64,000 nucleotides of DNA from Patescibacteria group bacterium (GTDB lineage Bacteria; Patescibacteriota; Patescibacteriia; GWA2-46-9), in NCBI GenBank assembly GCA_041660005.1, contig JBAZXG010000007.1, positions 72 through 64,071 of the forward strand, read 5' to 3'. The notes below the pieces were generated by a model. That model had not been told where the DNA came from, ran no database searches, and saw only the letters and a program-made list of their open reading frames with translations. Both the position numbers and the translations under genes were made by a program. Shown here in pieces: positions 48,320-59,389 of the stretch; the stretch's first letter is position 1; the number at the start of each line of letters is the position of its first letter.

Positions 48320-49399
48320 TTGTTAGCCATGGATTCAGTGCGTGTTGGTATTATTGGCATTGATGGGCTCTATGGTCGATGGTTTGAGCGGGTCTTTCAT
48401 GAGCTTGGCTGCAGTGTCGATGGGTCTGATCCAAAATTTGACGTTGATATACTTAAGCGCAACAAAGAGGTTGTGGCGAATGCTGATGTTGTAATTTTTT
48501 CAGTTCCTCCACGCGTCATGCCGGATGTCATACGGGACGTCATTAGCGAATCCCGTCCTGACCAGTTGTGGATAGATTGCGGTTGTTTAAAGGTTGAACC
48601 GGTACGCGCTATGCTTGAGTCTCGCGCTGAGGTCGTTGGAATTCATCCCATGTGCGCTCCGACCAAGCGGCTCTGGGAAGGGCAGACGGTTATTGTTTGT
48701 CCAGCACGACTTCGTCAGTGGAAAACATGGTTCGATGCATTTATACAAGAGACGGAAGCTCGGGCAAAGGTGAGCACACCCGAAGAGCACGATAAAAATA
48801 TGGCCATTGTTGAGGGACTCATTCACGCGAACGTGCTTATTACGGCGGGTCTCCTCGAGCGACTCAATATCAATGTTCCTGTGGTGATGGAATATATGAG
48901 CCCGATTTACCGTCTCTTTTTTAGTTTTCTGGGCCGTATTCTTCGCCAAGACCCTGATTTGTATGCCGATATTCAAATGTTGAATCCCTCAACGAAGAAA
49001 ATGCTCGATGGACTAGAACAGGAAGTTAAAGCATTTCGTAAATCTGTTGACGACGGGGACGTCGATGGTTTTGCTAAATCATTTCGTGCGGGCGCCAGTC
49101 ACTTTGGGCGAGAGAATCTTTTCTCGGCGTATTATCTTTACGACGAGATGAGTCAAATTTTAACCGATCGCCTTGGCGAGCATCAAATAATTTTGGTGAT
49201 TGAGGACAAACCCGGTACACTGCATCGACTTTCCCGTTACTTTAGCGACGAGGGGATTAATTTAACCTCTCTGCATACGTTTCGATCAGTGAATGGTTTC
49301 TGTATGCGCCTCGGAATCGACCATAAACGGAGTGACCCCAAAACACAGCGTGCTATTAAGGCGATTATTGCAGACGGTCTCGCTACGATAGCGCCATAA
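48320..49399 (+). CDS. tyrA: Prephenate dehydrogenase with C-terminal ACT domain
   Basis: Rossmann N-terminus VGIIGIDGLYG, an HDKNMAIVEGLIHA block, a DPDLYADIQMLNP block, and an ACT-like ILVIEDKPGTLHRLS segment. Confidence 0.6.
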   Translation: MLAMDSVRVGIIGIDGLYGRWFERVFHELGCSVDGSDPKFDVDILKRNKEVVANADVVIFSVPPRVMPDVIRDVISESRPDQLWIDCGCLKVEPVRAMLESRAEVVGIHPMCAPTKRLWEGQTVIVCPARLRQWKTWFDAFIQETEARAKVSTPEEHDKNMAIVEGLIHANVLITAGLLERLNINVPVVMEYMSPIYRLFFSFLGRILRQDPDLYADIQMLNPSTKKMLDGLEQEVKAFRKSVDDGDVDGFAKSFRAGASHFGRENLFSAYYLYDEMSQILTDRLGEHQIILVIEDKPGTLHRLSRYFSDEGINLTSLHTFRSVNGFCMRLGIDHKRSDPKTQRAIKAIIADGLATIAP

Positions 49400-49403
49400 G
49401 GTC

Positions 49404-50135
49404 ATGCAGCAAATAGAAATACGCACAAAGAGTGGTGAGGTATTATCCGGAAATTTGTTTGTTGCGGTTGAAAGTCAAAAACAGAAGACGCCGGGACTTT
49501 TACTTATTCACGGCTGGCAAAGTGGGCAAGACAGAATGTTCGAAACTGCGCAAATGTTTTCTGTTGAGTTGGGAGTGACCTGTTTGACGCTTGACCTTCG
49601 CGGTCACGGTAAAAGCGAGGGTTCTTTGAGCGTACTTTCGCGAAAAGATTTTCTTGACGATGTTACTGCTGGCTATGATTTTTTAGCTGAGCGACCCGAA
49701 GTTGATCCTGCGCAAATTGGAGTGTTGGGTTCAAGCTTTGGCGGATACCTTTCTGCGATATTAAGTTCAAAAAGACAAGTTGCGTGGCTGGTACTTCGGG
49801 TACCAACAGACTTTCAAGACGATACCTTTGAGATCGTTAAGACAAAAGCGCATGATCCGTCAGTCGCAGGTACCTGGCGTCAACAACCAAAAAATTGGGA
49901 AGCGACTCATGCACTCAGGGCGTTGCATATATTTACGGGCAGAGTCTTAATTGTGGCGTCGGGCAAAGACGAACTGGTACCCATAGAAACTGTTCTTAAC
50001 TATAAAAATGCGGTTAGTGGTGCAAAAAAGCTGCAGTATGTTGTTATGAAAGATGCGCCGCATAGTTTAACGCGACATCCGGAATTTGCAAAACAATTTA
50101 ACGAAATAGTTTACGAGTGGTATCAGCATCTATAA
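49404..50135 (+). CDS. Alpha/beta hydrolase (dienelactone hydrolase/S9-like)
   Basis: GSSFGG nucleophile elbow and a C-terminal His region. Confidence 0.65.
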   Translation: MQQIEIRTKSGEVLSGNLFVAVESQKQKTPGLLLIHGWQSGQDRMFETAQMFSVELGVTCLTLDLRGHGKSEGSLSVLSRKDFLDDVTAGYDFLAERPEVDPAQIGVLGSSFGGYLSAILSSKRQVAWLVLRVPTDFQDDTFEIVKTKAHDPSVAGTWRQQPKNWEATHALRALHIFTGRVLIVASGKDELVPIETVLNYKNAVSGAKKLQYVVMKDAPHSLTRHPEFAKQFNEIVYEWYQHL

Positions 50136-50256
50136 GAGCACTCATCATGGTGTTTAGGTAAAGCATAGTAGAACCTAAACGAGGCTTTTTTCCTATTCGC
50201 TGTTATACTACTCTTTGCTGGTGTAGAAAGCCGCCATTATTTATAAGTAAGACGAT

Positions 50257-50571
50257 ATGAATTCCATAGAGTACTTGAGGCAGTTCCGCGTTGGTGAGTA
50301 CGCCATTTTCGACTTTGCTGTAGCATTTATTGGTGTTTATTTGCTGTCTCCGTTATTGTCCAGGATTTTTTTGAAAATCGGCATTGATATACCAAAACAA
50401 AATTGGCTGTACTTGACTTTGCCTATTGGTATTCTCGCTCATGTGCTTGTTGGAAGAATAACGCCGATGACGAGAGATTTTTTAGATACACACAATCATT
50501 ATGTTCTTAAAGCCGTCATTTTGGTTCTGTTGATCCTTGGGATCAAAGGCATAAAAATAGTAAAAAAATAA
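50257..50571 (+). CDS. Small hypothetical membrane protein
   Basis: 104 aa ORF with three hydrophobic helices. AT-rich. Confidence 0.4.
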   Translation: MNSIEYLRQFRVGEYAIFDFAVAFIGVYLLSPLLSRIFLKIGIDIPKQNWLYLTLPIGILAHVLVGRITPMTRDFLDTHNHYVLKAVILVLLILGIKGIKIVKK

Positions 50572-50717
50572 AAGGTTGTTTTTGTTCAGATGCGCCAAAT
50601 CCCTTATACTGCATATATCAAATAAACGTGCAGTAGGAGTTCGTGAAAATTGACTACTCTCACAAGGAAAACAGTTTGTTGGCATGAAAAGTAACGGTTT
50701 ATTAATGCAAAGACAGT

Positions 50718-51203
50718 ATGACAGAAAGAAAAGACGGTCGTCATAGACACGAGACGGAGGACTTACCCGAAAAGTTAGTTTATCTTATTGAGGCTCGTCG
50801 AAAGCAAAGAGTTGAAGAAGCTGAAGTCGTCCTCTCGGAGCTAAAAAGTAAAGAGGATATTCATCGTAAACAGCACGAGATTAAACACATCGCGGAAATG
50901 CAACCCGAGGAACTCCTGCCAGAGCTATTGAATAATTTTGACAATAAGTTGCCTGGTCGCTTAGCTCGAGATATGGCGGAGGGACTAAAAGACTTGAAGC
51001 CAGAATATTACGAACGTATGCAAGAATTATTTGGCACTCTTGATCAGGAGATTACATTGCTTACAAACGATGATTTGTTGCTCCTTGATAGAATTACCAA
51101 GCGAGATCCGTCCGTTGACCCAAAAGAGCAGCATCGAATTCTCGGTGCACTGTTTCTTAAAATGATTGAAGCGGGGTTTACCGTCCCCGAGTTAAGAACG
51201 TAA
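50718..51203 (+). CDS. Hypothetical charged helical protein
   Basis: 161 aa ORF with no recognisable motif. Confidence 0.45.
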   Translation: MTERKDGRHRHETEDLPEKLVYLIEARRKQRVEEAEVVLSELKSKEDIHRKQHEIKHIAEMQPEELLPELLNNFDNKLPGRLARDMAEGLKDLKPEYYERMQELFGTLDQEITLLTNDDLLLLDRITKRDPSVDPKEQHRILGALFLKMIEAGFTVPELRT

Positions 51204-51328
51204 AATTTAGTCACTCATCGGCAGCATTGAGCGTTCAGAGTTGTTCAACCGTCCCGCGGTCAATCTTACAAGCCCACTAAGCCATAATTTTTTTACAATT
51301 TGCAATTAGTAAGCATTTTCCTTAATCT

Positions 51329-52681
51329 ATGCTGCTCACCGTTTTTTTCTTTGTTCTTTATATTTTGGGTGTTGTCATTATTGGTGTTGTTACGTCGCGA
51401 AGAGAAACAGAAGAAGGGTTCATGATTGCTGATCGTAAAGTGAGCGGGCTACAGTTGCCGGCTACCATGAGTGCCGGACTTTTTGACGGCGCCACTCTTT
51501 CAATGTTTATCGCCTACGTCTATCAATATGGTATTTCCGCATCGTGGCTCTTTGTCGGGTTCGCTGCAGGTTTTTTGTTTCTTAGGCGTTATCTGGCGCA
51601 TCGCATTAAGCAACAAGCAGATGCGTTTGGTGTTTACTCCATGCCTGAATATTTCTATAAAATTTTCGGGCGGCAGAGCGGGCTAATGTTTTCAGTGTTA
51701 CTGATTGTCCAATATTTCTTTTTGTTAGCGATTAACCTTATTATTGCCGGCAAGGTACTGCAGAGTACTTTTTCTTTGCCCTACACCTTATCAGTTGTTG
51801 CTGGTGGTTTAATAGTTCTTAGTTACCTTTTGCTTGCAGGTTTTAAGGCAGTAGTTAAGACCGATTTTTTTCAACTGTGCATAATGTTTATCATGAGTAT
51901 TGCGGTTGCTGGGTTTTTGGTTACAAAGACAAGTATTCCAGTTGCGGAATTTTCACCCTTTACTATCGGTTTTGGAAATATTCTAGGGTTTTTATTGATT
52001 GGAGCGATAAGTATCGTTGTTGCACCGGATCTGTGGCAACGTATTTTTTCTGCCAAAGACCAAATAGTTTTGCGACGAGGTCTCGGCTACGCTGCAATTA
52101 TTTTACCATTACTCGGCGCCATTATTTGTATTGTTGGTCTAGTCACCAAGCAGTTTTTTCCTGATATCGCGCCAGAGGATGCGTTCGTCATTGGTTTTTC
52201 AAAGCTTCTCCCTTATGGCCTTAAAGAGTTTGGTATGGTGCTTCTCTACGCAGTGGCGCTTTCTTCTTCAGATACTATTACGTTTGTCGTCTCCTCGATT
52301 GTTACGCGAGATCTTATTAACTATACGCAAAGATACAGTGACGAATCCATGAGAAAGTTGACTCGATTTTTTATGATTATGTTTGTAGTGTTTGCAACTT
52401 CTTTTGGTTTCATATATCAAAACATTATTACCATTGGTTTATCGCTCGGGAGTCTTGCCTTAGCTTTATTCCCGCCAATTATTGGTTCGTTTTATTGGCG
52501 GCTCGACGGTCGGGCGGTTGCATGGAGTCTTGGTCTTGCGGCGTTGAGCGTTCTCGCCCTCTTCTTTATAGGTGCACTTTCGCCACAGAATAGTGTTATA
52601 TCACTGCCCGTCTCTGCGATAACTCTTTTTGTTCTTCAGAAATTTTTTAAAAATAGTTCACGCTATATACTGTCTGTATGA
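51329..52681 (+). CDS. Sodium:solute symporter family transporter
   Basis: About 13 TM helices and an SSS-typical N-terminal layout (GFMIADRKVSG). Confidence 0.55.
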   Translation: MLLTVFFFVLYILGVVIIGVVTSRRETEEGFMIADRKVSGLQLPATMSAGLFDGATLSMFIAYVYQYGISASWLFVGFAAGFLFLRRYLAHRIKQQADAFGVYSMPEYFYKIFGRQSGLMFSVLLIVQYFFLLAINLIIAGKVLQSTFSLPYTLSVVAGGLIVLSYLLLAGFKAVVKTDFFQLCIMFIMSIAVAGFLVTKTSIPVAEFSPFTIGFGNILGFLLIGAISIVVAPDLWQRIFSAKDQIVLRRGLGYAAIILPLLGAIICIVGLVTKQFFPDIAPEDAFVIGFSKLLPYGLKEFGMVLLYAVALSSSDTITFVVSSIVTRDLINYTQRYSDESMRKLTRFFMIMFVVFATSFGFIYQNIITIGLSLGSLALALFPPIIGSFYWRLDGRAVAWSLGLAALSVLALFFIGALSPQNSVISLPVSAITLFVLQKFFKNSSRYILSV

Positions 52682-53610
52682 CAAAAAAACTTACCCTAAC
52701 AACGATTGCTCTCCTTTGTTTTGCAACAGGTTTATATTTATGGTTCGTTGTATTGCGTCCAGTAACACCGGAAAGCGTCTCTGATTATTCGAATGTTCCT
52801 GTAATTTCGGCAACGTACCTGTGTAACGAAGAAAAAAACATTGCTGCTTTTTTCTATGCCGATACAAGTACGTCGACGAAAAGTTTGGACAAGACCCAAG
52901 CATCGGGCGGTACTGTTCGTGTGCGGTTGAACGATGGGCGTACGCTTACTTTATCGCGGGTAGCTACTGCTGATGTTGCCCGTTATGTTAATAGTGATGA
53001 GTCGTTCATTTTCATAAAGAACGGAAACGGAGCTGTTGTCACGGAGAACAACAAGCAAACCTATACGGGCTGTGTTTTGACACTCGACGATCCAGGCAAC
53101 CTTCCGCGCGTTTACGCAAACGGCGCGGATGGCATTTCAATTCGGTATCCGGAGGATTATAGTTTAAATGCTGACTATAGTTACCAGGAACTTGGTTCAG
53201 GTAAAGAAATTAAAGGTGTTTCGTTCCCGATTTCGTCCTCGATAGCCGCAGGAACAAATCTCTCTGACGACTCTTACTTGAGCGTTGAAGTACTACCCAC
53301 GGGAACGAGCTGCACTGCCGCACTTTTTTTGGATGAGCGCGGACAGGGGATCAATGTGCGTAGCGTCACCGAAAACAGCGTTACGTATTCGGAGGCGACG
53401 AGTAGTGGTGCTGCGGCGGGTAATCGTTATGACGAAACCGTTTATGCTTTGTCGAGTACAAACCCTTGCATTGCTGTTCGCTATTTTATCCATTCGACGG
53501 TGCTTGAAAACTATCCGCCGGGTGTCGTTAAGCAATTTGATCGAGAGGCACTACTGCAGCAATTCGACGCCATGCGCCGTACGCTTGTTGTGGCTCAATC
53601 ATCAAGTTAG
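52678..53610 (+). CDS. Exported hypothetical protein (N-terminal signal/anchor)
   Basis: 310 aa ORF coupled to the transporter gene. Confidence 0.5.
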   Translation: MTKKLTLTTIALLCFATGLYLWFVVLRPVTPESVSDYSNVPVISATYLCNEEKNIAAFFYADTSTSTKSLDKTQASGGTVRVRLNDGRTLTLSRVATADVARYVNSDESFIFIKNGNGAVVTENNKQTYTGCVLTLDDPGNLPRVYANGADGISIRYPEDYSLNADYSYQELGSGKEIKGVSFPISSSIAAGTNLSDDSYLSVEVLPTGTSCTAALFLDERGQGINVRSVTENSVTYSEATSSGAAAGNRYDETVYALSSTNPCIAVRYFIHSTVLENYPPGVVKQFDREALLQQFDAMRRTLVVAQSSS

Positions 53611-53635
53611 AGGCACAAGAAGAGGGTACTCACGT

Positions 53636-54133
53636 ATGGCTAAATACAAAGCAACAACAAACGAGGGTGTGTGTATTTTTTGCGATATTGCATCTGGTCG
53701 AGGTGACCAAGACCTCGTTTTTTGGGAGACTGATGCCTTTATGGCTTTTTTATCGATTGATCCAAATACGAATGGTTTTTCTTGCGTGATACCGAAAAAA
53801 CATTTTGGCAGTGACGTATTTTCCATGCCAGAACTTACGTTGCAGGAATTTATCGTTGCCGCTAAAGACGCTGCCAATGTTTTGCTGCACTACTTTGACG
53901 ATGTCGGTAGAGTAGGTATGATTACCGAAGGAACAGGTATTGATCATGCGCACATTAAGTTAGTGCCTATGCACGGTACGGAACACTTGAAGCACGGTGA
54001 ATGGCGTCAGTTCCATAGTAATAAAATTTTTTGGTTTGACCAGTATGAAGGATGGATCTGTTCTGGAGGTGGACCAATGGCAAATAGGGGTGCGCTTAGG
54101 GAACTTGCTCAGCAGATTAAATCGGTACGTTGA
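53636..54133 (+). CDS. HIT family hydrolase
   Basis: Histidine triad DHAHIKLVPMHG. Start chosen at MAKYK. Confidence 0.75.
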   Translation: MAKYKATTNEGVCIFCDIASGRGDQDLVFWETDAFMAFLSIDPNTNGFSCVIPKKHFGSDVFSMPELTLQEFIVAAKDAANVLLHYFDDVGRVGMITEGTGIDHAHIKLVPMHGTEHLKHGEWRQFHSNKIFWFDQYEGWICSGGGPMANRGALRELAQQIKSVR

Positions 54134-54143
54134 TATACGATCT

Positions 54144-54755
54144 ATGAAAGACATAGAAGTTGAAATTCGGGGGCCACTTTCAGCAGAAAGGTACGCTAAG
54201 GCGCGCTCATTTTTTGATGCGAACGCAAAAAAGTTGACCGAAAAAAATAGAATTTTGATTGATTATTCTACCTTTCTTCCGGGCGGCGTTAAGGAGAGAA
54301 CGACCGATATTCGTTTGAGGATTACTAATGGGATCCCTGAAATAATCGTGAAGGTAGGTGCATGGGGCGGCACTGAACAGCGCAGAGAGCTTTCCGTTAC
54401 GACACCACCAGGCACTTTCGATACACTGACAGAAATTTTTGCTTCTCTCGGTTATACCAAAGGCATATTGTGCGTGCGTCAGAGCCATGTGTATGAGTAC
54501 AGGGGCATAGAATTTGCTCTCGTGGAAGTGCCGGGTCACAGCTTTTATTACGAGGCGGAAAAAATGGCTCACGCCGACGAAGACGGTGACGCCTTAACAA
54601 GGGAAATCATGACCGTATGTGCGGAACTTGATTTGCCGGTGTTTGATAAAGAAGAATTTTTTGCTTACGTAGAAAAACTCAATAACGAGGCCAATGAAGT
54701 ATTTGATGCAGCAGTAGAAAAACCGAACTATTTTAAAGAACGGTTTTCTCTATAG
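54144..54755 (+). CDS. Hypothetical protein (possible CYTH-like)
   Basis: Start chosen at MKDIEVEIRGP to avoid overlap with the HIT gene. No firm motif. Confidence 0.4.
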   Translation: MKDIEVEIRGPLSAERYAKARSFFDANAKKLTEKNRILIDYSTFLPGGVKERTTDIRLRITNGIPEIIVKVGAWGGTEQRRELSVTTPPGTFDTLTEIFASLGYTKGILCVRQSHVYEYRGIEFALVEVPGHSFYYEAEKMAHADEDGDALTREIMTVCAELDLPVFDKEEFFAYVEKLNNEANEVFDAAVEKPNYFKERFSL

Positions 54756-54815
54756 TATTTCTCTGGTCAGCATTGTGAAAATCCTTTAAAATAATTTCTA
54801 AATAACAACATAACT

Positions 54816-55337
54816 ATGCAAGGAATTAGTCTCATTGGTATGCCTTATTCGGGAAAATCGGCCGTTGGTAAACGAGTTGCCGCCTTTATTGGCTGGCAAT
54901 ATGTTGATTTAGATCTCTATATAAAAGAACGCGATCATCTTTCGGTTGGAGAAATTACTAACGCGCATGGTGGGCAGCGGTTAGTGGATGTGGAAGGGAA
55001 CTACTTGCTTGCGTTTCCAACATTTGAAAATACCGTGTTCGCTCCCGGGGGGAGTATGGTCTACAACGAAAAGGCGATGGAGCGCCTCAAGAAAGAAACC
55101 ACGGTTGTTTATATAGACACGCCGTTGTCTGTTCTCGAAGAGCGTGCCAGCAGAGACGACATTAGCATGCGCGGGATTGTTGGTTTAGACGAGGAAGGTT
55201 TAGCTGGCGTGCTCAGAAAACGGCAGCCTTTATTTGAAAAATTTGCTGATTACACCTGTGTCTGGCCGTGGAAAGACGCCGACGCGCTGGCACTCCGTAT
55301 TATTACGGATTTAAAACTGGAGAATGCAGTTTCATAG
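54816..55337 (+). CDS. aroK: Shikimate kinase
   Basis: P-loop LIGMPYSGKSAVGK with shikimate-kinase size and layout. Confidence 0.8.
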   Translation: MQGISLIGMPYSGKSAVGKRVAAFIGWQYVDLDLYIKERDHLSVGEITNAHGGQRLVDVEGNYLLAFPTFENTVFAPGGSMVYNEKAMERLKKETTVVYIDTPLSVLEERASRDDISMRGIVGLDEEGLAGVLRKRQPLFEKFADYTCVWPWKDADALALRIITDLKLENAVS

Positions 55338-56619
55338 TACGCGCGGCGGCGTGAAAACTGCCAGTTTAGCGCGTGCAATTATTGAAGGTTTGGCGGTTGA
55401 CGGTGGTCTGTATCTTCCGAACCGCGTCCCAAAGTTGAACAAACGTTTTGTAGCTAACTTGCAGAAGAAAGATTTTCAGCAAATCGCAGTAGAAACATTG
55501 CAGCCGTTCATGTCGGAGGTTCCGGCGGCGAAATTGCGTCGCATGTCCGCTGACGCATTTAATTTTTCTGTTCCACTGAAGCGAATCGACGACAGTCTTT
55601 ATGTGCTTGAACTTTTTCATGGGCCGACGCTGTCATTTAAAGATTTTGGCGCTCGATTTTTAGCCAGACTCTTGCAACTCTTCCTTGAAGAGAAGAAAGA
55701 AAAAGCAAAAATAATCGTGGCAACCTCTGGAGACACCGGTAGCGCTGTTGCCAGCGGCTTTTTGGGAATGCCGAATATTCAGGTATTTGTACTCTACCCA
55801 AAGGGACGCATCAGTAAACTACAAGAGCAACAGATTACAACGTACGGCCAAAATATCACGGCACTTGAAGTGCAAGGTAAGTTTGACGATTGCCAACGAC
55901 TCGCCAAAGAAGCTCTGTCCATCGGCAAAAGCCATGACGGCGTGCATTTATCTTCGGCAAATTCGATTAACATTGGTCGATTGTTGCCGCAGTCGCTCTA
56001 CTACCTGTATGCCATTGCGGAACTTCGGCGACAAGGAGTGAGTCGGGCGCCGAGGTTTATTGTACCGAGCGGTAACTTTGGCAATTTAACAGCCGGGCTT
56101 TTGGCAAAAAAAATGGGTGCGCAAATTTCCGGTTTTGTTGCCGCTACGAACATGAACGATATTGTGCCGATTTATCTCAGAACAGGACGTTTTAAACCAA
56201 GAGCGTCAAAATCAACTCTCTCAAACGCTATGGATGTAGGGGATCCAAGTAATTTTGCGCGCATGCTTGAGCTCTATGACGGACGACAAGATAAAATGGC
56301 GCGCGATATCACCGGCTTTGCAACAAGCGACAAAGAAACGATGGCAACGATTACTGATACTTATCGTCGTTACAAATATGTCGTTGATCCTCATACCGCC
56401 GTAGGCATTACTGCTGCCAGAAAGTATCGGCAGCAACATCCTTGTAATGAGCCAATGATTGTGCTCTCCACTGCGCACCCGGCAAAGTTTAAAACAATTG
56501 TTGAACGTGCCATTCAGAAAAAAATTTCTCTACCACGGGAATTGGCGGCAGTTGTTGAAAGAAAAAAGAAAACAGTGCTCGTCCGTGCTAAAATCGATGA
56601 TGTCATGCGGGTTCTCTAA
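55324..56619 (+). CDS. thrC: Threonine synthase
   Basis: PLP-Lys motif HGPTLSFKDFGARF and a ThrC N-terminal domain. Confidence 0.85.
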   Translation: MQFHSTRGGVKTASLARAIIEGLAVDGGLYLPNRVPKLNKRFVANLQKKDFQQIAVETLQPFMSEVPAAKLRRMSADAFNFSVPLKRIDDSLYVLELFHGPTLSFKDFGARFLARLLQLFLEEKKEKAKIIVATSGDTGSAVASGFLGMPNIQVFVLYPKGRISKLQEQQITTYGQNITALEVQGKFDDCQRLAKEALSIGKSHDGVHLSSANSINIGRLLPQSLYYLYAIAELRRQGVSRAPRFIVPSGNFGNLTAGLLAKKMGAQISGFVAATNMNDIVPIYLRTGRFKPRASKSTLSNAMDVGDPSNFARMLELYDGRQDKMARDITGFATSDKETMATITDTYRRYKYVVDPHTAVGITAARKYRQQHPCNEPMIVLSTAHPAKFKTIVERAIQKKISLPRELAAVVERKKKTVLVRAKIDDVMRVL

Positions 56620-56647
56620 GTATGTTTCTTTCGTGTATACTGATGTT

Positions 56648-57238
56648 ATGCCACAAAGTAGAGATATAGAATTTTTGTATGAAATAGGATCGCTCAACAA
56701 CGTTGATCGCAGTTGGCGTCAACACTTAGCCATGAAGTGCGCGACCGTTCCAGAGCACACCATGCGCGTTATTTGGCTGGCGCTTCTTATCGCCAGACAA
56801 GAAACAGGAGCAGACGAGGACCTTATTATTAAAATGGCGATGGTGCACGACATTGCCGAAACTCGCGTTTCAGATTTAAGTTATATACAAAAGGTATATG
56901 TTACACCCGACGAAAATCGCGCGGTGAGCGACCTCTTCGCAGGTACGGTTTTTGGTGACTTTGAAAATATTTTAAAAAAGTATGATGCGCGGGATAGTTT
57001 GGAAGCAAAAATAGTGAAGGACGCTGACAATCTTGACGTCGAAATAGAACTTAAAGAGTTAGAAGAACGTGGCTCAAAACTTTCTCAAAAGTGGGCAGCG
57101 ACTCGGCGTATTGTGCGCGACAAAAAACTTTATACTGATTCTGCACGTACCATTTGGGACGAACTACAAACGAGCGATCCGGCAGACTGGCATCTGACGA
57201 GCAACAAGTGGTATAAAATGCCGGATACGGGGAGATAA
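56648..57238 (+). CDS. HD-domain phosphohydrolase (YfbR-like 5'-nucleotidase)
   Basis: H...HD motif (MAMVHDIAETRVSD). Start chosen at MPQSRD. Confidence 0.7.
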   Translation: MPQSRDIEFLYEIGSLNNVDRSWRQHLAMKCATVPEHTMRVIWLALLIARQETGADEDLIIKMAMVHDIAETRVSDLSYIQKVYVTPDENRAVSDLFAGTVFGDFENILKKYDARDSLEAKIVKDADNLDVEIELKELEERGSKLSQKWAATRRIVRDKKLYTDSARTIWDELQTSDPADWHLTSNKWYKMPDTGR

Positions 57239-57328
57239 ACGGAAGACTTTCGGTGTTCTGAAGTGAGTTATTGCGGTGTCTAGTGCTGCACCCTTTTCAA
57301 GCCGTTAAAAGCAGGTTACTATGCGCAA

Positions 57329-58627
57329 ATGGTAAAGCGATTATTGACCCTGCGTAAGGATATCGCCGCCCAATTCACTGTTGGGTGGTTTTTAGCATTA
57401 CGCCAAATTCGTCGATCCAGCCGGTGGACAACTGGACTCATCGTTTTCATCATGGTTTTGACCTATCTCAACCTCGTGGTAGTGTCGGGTCTCCTTGTGG
57501 GTTTAATTGCCGGATCATTTGCTCAGTTTCAAGACAAGTATGCCGGTCAGGTGCTGGTAACGCCGGTTACAGGGTATGGCTACATTGATAACTCATCTGC
57601 GCTCATCAGCTTTTTAGAACACCACCCTCAGGTAATTGCTCTGAGTGCTCGACATACCATGGCGGCTTCGGTGCTCGGAACACTGGACGACCTGCCAAAG
57701 AAAAACAAAGAGGCAAATAAGGTTGCCGCGCAGGTCGTCGGCATTGACATCGCGCACGAAGAAGCGGTAACCGGATTTTCGGAGTCCGTCATTAAAGGGT
57801 CAATGCTGCAAGAGGGAGAGGAGGGCTACATTGTTATCGGTCAGAATTTACTCAGACACTACTCGTCGTTTGCCGATGCTGATATACCAGGGTTGACCTT
57901 GCTCGACAATGTTGACGTGGGTGATCGCGTAAAAGTTTCCATGAAGACCGAGACAGGAGTAACCAGCAAAAGTTTCCTTGTTAAGGGTATTGTGAAAAGT
58001 AAAGTGGACCAAATTTCCACCCGCATGTTTATAAATGATAATGAGCTGAAGCAGATGCTCTTAATTAATCAGGAGCTGTATCAGGAAATTGCCATTCGAA
58101 CACCGCACGCTTATGCGCCGTCACTCGTTCGCGAGATCGAGCAATTCCAAGGCTCAAACGAGACTCGTGTGCAGACAGCAGAAGATGCCGTCCCGTCTTT
58201 TTTACGTGATGTTGAAACAACCTTTAATATTTTAGGTAATGCGCTCTCTTCAATTGCGCTCGTGGTGGCGTCCATAACTATTTTTATCGTCATTTTTATT
58301 AACGCGGTTACCAAGCGGAAATTTATCGGCATCATGAAGGGGATTGGTGTTGCACCACGCGCTATTCAGATTTCCTACATTTTGCAAGCGCTATTTTACG
58401 GAATCATTGGGTCGTTTATTGGACTCATCCTGACCTTTGGTGTTTTGAAGCCGTACTTTGCGGCGCATCCCATTGATTTTCCATTTTCCGACGGCATTCT
58501 TGTAGCAACGCCGGAAAGTGCAGCAGTGCGCGTGCTCATCTTGCTGGTAGTAACGCTACTGGCTGGAATGATACCGGCACGAATGATTGTGCGTAAGAAT
58601 ACGCTCGATTCAATTTTAGGCCGCTAG
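57329..58627 (+). CDS. ABC transporter permease, FtsX/MacB-like
   Basis: N-terminal TM helix, a large periplasmic domain, and three C-terminal TM helices (FtsX fold). Confidence 0.75.
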   Translation: MVKRLLTLRKDIAAQFTVGWFLALRQIRRSSRWTTGLIVFIMVLTYLNLVVVSGLLVGLIAGSFAQFQDKYAGQVLVTPVTGYGYIDNSSALISFLEHHPQVIALSARHTMAASVLGTLDDLPKKNKEANKVAAQVVGIDIAHEEAVTGFSESVIKGSMLQEGEEGYIVIGQNLLRHYSSFADADIPGLTLLDNVDVGDRVKVSMKTETGVTSKSFLVKGIVKSKVDQISTRMFINDNELKQMLLINQELYQEIAIRTPHAYAPSLVREIEQFQGSNETRVQTAEDAVPSFLRDVETTFNILGNALSSIALVVASITIFIVIFINAVTKRKFIGIMKGIGVAPRAIQISYILQALFYGIIGSFIGLILTFGVLKPYFAAHPIDFPFSDGILVATPESAAVRVLILLVVTLLAGMIPARMIVRKNTLDSILGR

Positions 58628-58628
58628 T

Positions 58629-59303
58629 ATGTTGAAAACAGAAAATCTTATCAAAGCGTATGGTGAAGGGGAGCTTCGGCTCGTAGTCTTGAAATCACTC
58701 AACCTTGAAATCCAGGACGGTGAGTTTGTGGCGATTGTCGGGCCGTCCGGCGCCGGTAAGTCAACGCTTCTTTATCAGCTGTCACTTTTGGATGAGCCGA
58801 CAAACGGTGAGGTTTATTTTAATAATGCACGGACGTCAGAAACCAACCAAACACAAAAGACTTCTTTGCGGCTTCGACAGATGGGGTTTGTGTTTCAAGA
58901 TTACGCGCTATTGCCAGAACTTACTGCCGTAGAAAACGTGGCGTTGCCTCTGCTCATGCAAGGGTTGAAACTTAAGCCAGCAACAACAGAAGCACAGGCG
59001 TCGTTGGAACGTGTTGGACTTGGCCATAAGACGCACAATATGCCGAGTCAGCTCTCTGGCGGCCAGCAACAGCGCGTGTCGATTGCTCGGGCAATCGTGC
59101 ATCATCCACGAGTGCTCTTTGCAGATGAACCAACGGCTAACCTCGATACTGCAAGTTCGCGCAAGGTGATGGAGGCATTTATTTCTTTGAATCACGAAGG
59201 ACAGACGATTGTAATGGTAACGCACGAAGAAGAGTATGCACTGAACGCCAAACGTATTATTACACTGAAAGATGGTGAAGTCGTATCAGACGAACGGCGG
59301 TAG
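58629..59303 (+). CDS. ABC transporter ATP-binding protein (MacB/LolD-like)
   Basis: Walker A motif GPSGAGKSTLL, signature LSGGQQQRVSIARA, and Walker B motif LFADEPT. Confidence 0.9.
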   Translation: MLKTENLIKAYGEGELRLVVLKSLNLEIQDGEFVAIVGPSGAGKSTLLYQLSLLDEPTNGEVYFNNARTSETNQTQKTSLRLRQMGFVFQDYALLPELTAVENVALPLLMQGLKLKPATTEAQASLERVGLGHKTHNMPSQLSGGQQQRVSIARAIVHHPRVLFADEPTANLDTASSRKVMEAFISLNHEGQTIVMVTHEEEYALNAKRIITLKDGEVVSDERR

Positions 59304-59389
59304 TTGCACCTTTCGGAAGCGATGAGTCGCACCTCTTTCCTGTCTGTGTTCACTTTGCTATGATAGCCACGTTCTCTTAACCAAACACT